64,000 nucleotides of DNA from Bacilli bacterium (GTDB lineage Bacteria > Bacillota_I > Bacilli_A > RF39 > UBA660): contig JAFURC010000026.1 of NCBI GenBank assembly GCA_017472015.1, positions 5,427 through 69,426 on the forward strand, in the 5' to 3' direction. Positions 61,513 through 64,000 of this stretch are shown one piece after another. The translations under genes and the position numbers were made by a program. The notes beneath the pieces were generated by a model. It was not told where the DNA came from, did not search any database, and saw only the letters and a list, made by a program, of their open reading frames with translations. Within the stretch, counting starts at the first letter, position 1, and each line of letters opens with the position of its first letter.

Positions 61513-62179
61513 TTGGGATAAAGTTTTAGAAAAAGAATTTCAAGAAGAATATTTTTATAATTTATTAAAATTTGTTCAAGGGGAATATGAAAGAAAAACG
61601 GTGTTTCCACCTAAAAAAGAGGTTTTTAAAGCATTTAGATATACACCTTATAAAAATGTTAAAGTAGTAATACTTGGTCAAGATCCTTATCATGGAGAAG
61701 GAGAAGCTGAAGGACTTTGTTTTTCTGTTCGAGATGGAATTAAAAAACCACCTTCTTTAAATAATATTTTTAAAGAATTACATGATGATTTAGGTTATAG
61801 TATCCCAACAAGTGGTTCTTTAGTACCATGGGCAAAGCAAGGGGTATTTCTTTTAAATACTGTTTTAACCGTTATCAAGGATAAAGCAGCTAGTCATAAA
61901 GACATTGGTTGGGAAAGATTTACTGATGAAGTAATAAAAAAAATAAATGAAAAAGAAGAACCAGTTGTTTTTATTCTTTGGGGAAACTTTGCTCGTAGTA
62001 AAAAGAAATTTATTACTAATAAAAAACATTTAATAATTGAATCAGCTCATCCATCACCTTTATCAGCTTATAATGGTTTCTTTGGTTCTAAACCTTTTTC
62101 TAAAGCCAATGATTTCTTAATTAAGAATAACCTTGAACCAATTAATTTTGAAATTAAAGAGAAAACTTATGAAAAATAA
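61499..62179 (+). CDS. ung: uracil-DNA glycosylase
   Basis: GQDPYH, PPSL.NI, HPSPLS. Confidence 0.98.
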   Translation: MIGNDWDKVLEKEFQEEYFYNLLKFVQGEYERKTVFPPKKEVFKAFRYTPYKNVKVVILGQDPYHGEGEAEGLCFSVRDGIKKPPSLNNIFKELHDDLGYSIPTSGSLVPWAKQGVFLLNTVLTVIKDKAASHKDIGWERFTDEVIKKINEKEEPVVFILWGNFARSKKKFITNKKHLIIESAHPSPLSAYNGFFGSKPFSKANDFLIKNNLEPINFEIKEKTYEK

Positions 62180-62276
62180 TTCATAGGTTTTTATTATAAA
62201 AATTAGGATAACATTAGCCATTTAATACTGACAAATGAGCATATTTTTAGTATAATGTTATCAGTGGAGGATTAGT

Positions 62277-63116
62277 ATGTCTGAAAGAGAATTAGATTCA
62301 AGTATAAATGATTATATTGAAAATAAAACACCTAAAAACTATGTAAAACAACTACAGTGGGATATGGCTATTGGACTTCAAGAAGTTGATAGCTTAAAAC
62401 CATCTAAGTATTTAGAAAAGTTATTACAAGAAAATGTAACAGGTGAAAAAACAATTTATGAAGTTGAACATGAATTAAAACAGTATTATGTAGAAAAGGA
62501 TAAAACTGATAAAACTATACAAGAAGAATTTGAATGCGATTTAGTTTCTACTAGAATAGTTCAATTGTTAGAAGAAGACAATTTTGAACTATCGGTAGAT
62601 TATATAAAATATATCCATGAATATTTATTTAAAGATGTATATGAATTTGCAGGTGAATTTAGAAAAGTTGATTTTTCTAAACATGAAAGAATTTTAAATA
62701 ATGATTCAGTTGCTTATGGAGATTGTAAATTACTAGAACAATCATTAGAATATGATATATCTTTAGAATTAAATAAAAACTATAAAGAAATGAATATAGT
62801 TGATGTAATTAATAATATAACTAATTTTTCTTCAAATATATGGCAAGTTCACCCTTTTAGAGAAGGTAATACTAGAACTACAGCATTATTTATAGAAAAG
62901 TATTTAGTATCACTTGGATATGATGTAGATAACACTATGTTTAAAGAAAAATCAGTTTATTATAGAAATGCATTAGTAAGAAGTAATTATTTTAATTATT
63001 ATTTAAATATAAAACAAGATAATAGTTTCTTAATTAAATTTTATGAAAATTTATTATTAGGTAAAAATAATAATTTAGATTCAAGAGATTTAATAGTAGA
63101 AGAACTATTTAAATAG
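62277..63116 (+). CDS. Fic family protein with N-terminal antitoxin-like helix
   Basis: HPFREGNTRT; N-terminal AIGLQEVD. Confidence 0.88.
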   Translation: MSERELDSSINDYIENKTPKNYVKQLQWDMAIGLQEVDSLKPSKYLEKLLQENVTGEKTIYEVEHELKQYYVEKDKTDKTIQEEFECDLVSTRIVQLLEEDNFELSVDYIKYIHEYLFKDVYEFAGEFRKVDFSKHERILNNDSVAYGDCKLLEQSLEYDISLELNKNYKEMNIVDVINNITNFSSNIWQVHPFREGNTRTTALFIEKYLVSLGYDVDNTMFKEKSVYYRNALVRSNYFNYYLNIKQDNSFLIKFYENLLLGKNNNLDSRDLIVEELFK

Positions 63117-63125
63117 AATATAAAG

Positions 63126-63178
63126 AAAAATTCTAATATAGACTTATTGTTTTATAAGTTTTGTATTAGGATTTTTTT
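63126..63178 (+). terminator. long hairpin terminator after fic
   Basis: AAAAATTCTAATATAGACTTAT/ATAAGTTTTGTATTAGGATTTTT. Confidence 0.6.
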
Positions 63179-63354
63179 GGTAATAAATAAAATTAGATAT
63201 ATATTGATAAAAGTGATTTAGAAAGTATTATAAATTTCATTTTAATAAATCATTAAAATAAAGGAAAAATTGTAAATAAACGCAAATTTGTCAGAAAAAT
63301 ATTAAAAATTATGATACTATATTTAATGTAGAGGAATTTAGTGGTGAATGAATT

Positions 63355-64000
63355 ATGAATAATAAAAAAGAACATGAAAGAGAAGAATTACATAAAACAA
63401 TTTGGAAACTTGCTAACGAACTAAGAGGTTCAGTTGATGGTTGGGATTTTAAACAATATGTATTAGGACTTTTATTTTATCGATTTATTTCAGAAAATAT
63501 TGAGCATTATGTTAATAACAATCAAAGGAAAGCAGGAATATCTAATTTCAAGTATAGTAATATAAGTGATGAAGAGGCTTTACTTGGTAAACAACAAATA
63601 CTTGAAGAAAAAGGATTTTTTATATTACCAAGTGAATTGTTTTGTAATGTTAGAAAGAATGCGGATAAAAATGAAAATTTAAATGTAGTAATTTCTAATA
63701 TATTTAATAATATTGAAGCATCAGCAAGAGGAACAGCATCAGAAGATGATGTTAAAGGTTTATTTGATGATTTTACAATTGATAATAAATTAGGTAATAC
63801 GGTCGATGAAAGAAATGCAAAATTAGTTAAAATGCTTAACGCTATTGGAGATTTAAACCTAGGAGATTATCAAGATAATAATATAGATTTATTTGGAGAT
63901 GCTTATGAATTTTTGATGACAATGTATGCTTCATCAGCTGGTAAATCAGGAGGAGAATTCTTTACTCCTCAAGAAGTAGGAGAATTATTAGCGAGAATAG
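63355..64000 (+). CDS. hsdM: type I restriction-modification methyltransferase subunit M, 3' truncated by window
   Basis: [48 protein letters not shown]; absent from the ORF track because no stop in window. Confidence 0.95.
   Translation, partial: MNNKKEHEREELHKTIWKLANELRGSVDGWDFKQYVLGLLFYRFISENIEHYVNNNQRKAGISNFKYSNISDEEALLGKQQILEEKGFFILPSELFCNVRKNADKNENLNVVISNIFNNIEASARGTASEDDVKGLFDDFTIDNKLGNTVDERNAKLVKMLNAIGDLNLGDYQDNNIDLFGDAYEFLMTMYASSAGKSGGEFFTPQEVGELLARI

Noticed and set aside
2279-61610. Short ORFs overlapping core genes (e.g. 2279-2491, 4219-4437, 8766-8987, 16188-16878, 26090-26287, 39489-39860, 49375-49659, 61326-61610)
   Set aside because: Antisense or alternate-frame shadows of well-supported genes, with no recognisable motifs
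1-64000. CRISPR arrays, tRNA/rRNA genes, parS sites, IS elements, prophage
   Set aside because: None seen by eye: no regularly spaced repeats, cloverleafs, TGTTTCACGTGAAACA, transposase or structural phage genes

Overview
Very AT-rich chromosomal segment from a genome-reduced, walled and probably spore-forming Bacilli lineage. RF39-like is my inference from gene content; genetic code 11 is supported by RF2 and by TGA stops. The backbone is condensed B. subtilis-like core: trmN6, pth-mfd, spoVT, T-box-metG-tatD-3D, spoVG-yabP-yabQ-divIC, tilS-ftsH, dusB, frameshifted prfB, uvrA, lgt-trxB-whiA, clpP, gap, ftsEX, CIRCE-clpB, rpsF-ssb-rpsR, rplI-dnaB-M23-walJ-rlmH, ung, and a partial hsdM. Nearly all genes are on the + strand, with orphan genes inserted between them. 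No rRNA, tRNA, CRISPR, integrase or transposase was seen. Best candidates for new biology: (1) a three-gene operon between rpsR and rplI encoding a coiled-coil/RelE-like protein and two mTERF-like repeat proteins, the two large ones sharing an N-terminal motif; (2) scattered signal-less orphan enzymes (zincin, transglutaminase-like, kinase, AMP-ligase, RelE-like) ending in short basic tails, possibly an export signal; (3) FtsH with a Rho-N-like tail; (4) a His-less pseudo hybrid kinase; (5) an old 750-bp tandem duplication producing a non-catalytic M23 paralog; (6) a YoeB truncated by TGA at a conserved Trp; (7) candidate small RNAs and Noc-binding sites. All domain calls are by eye, without database searches.
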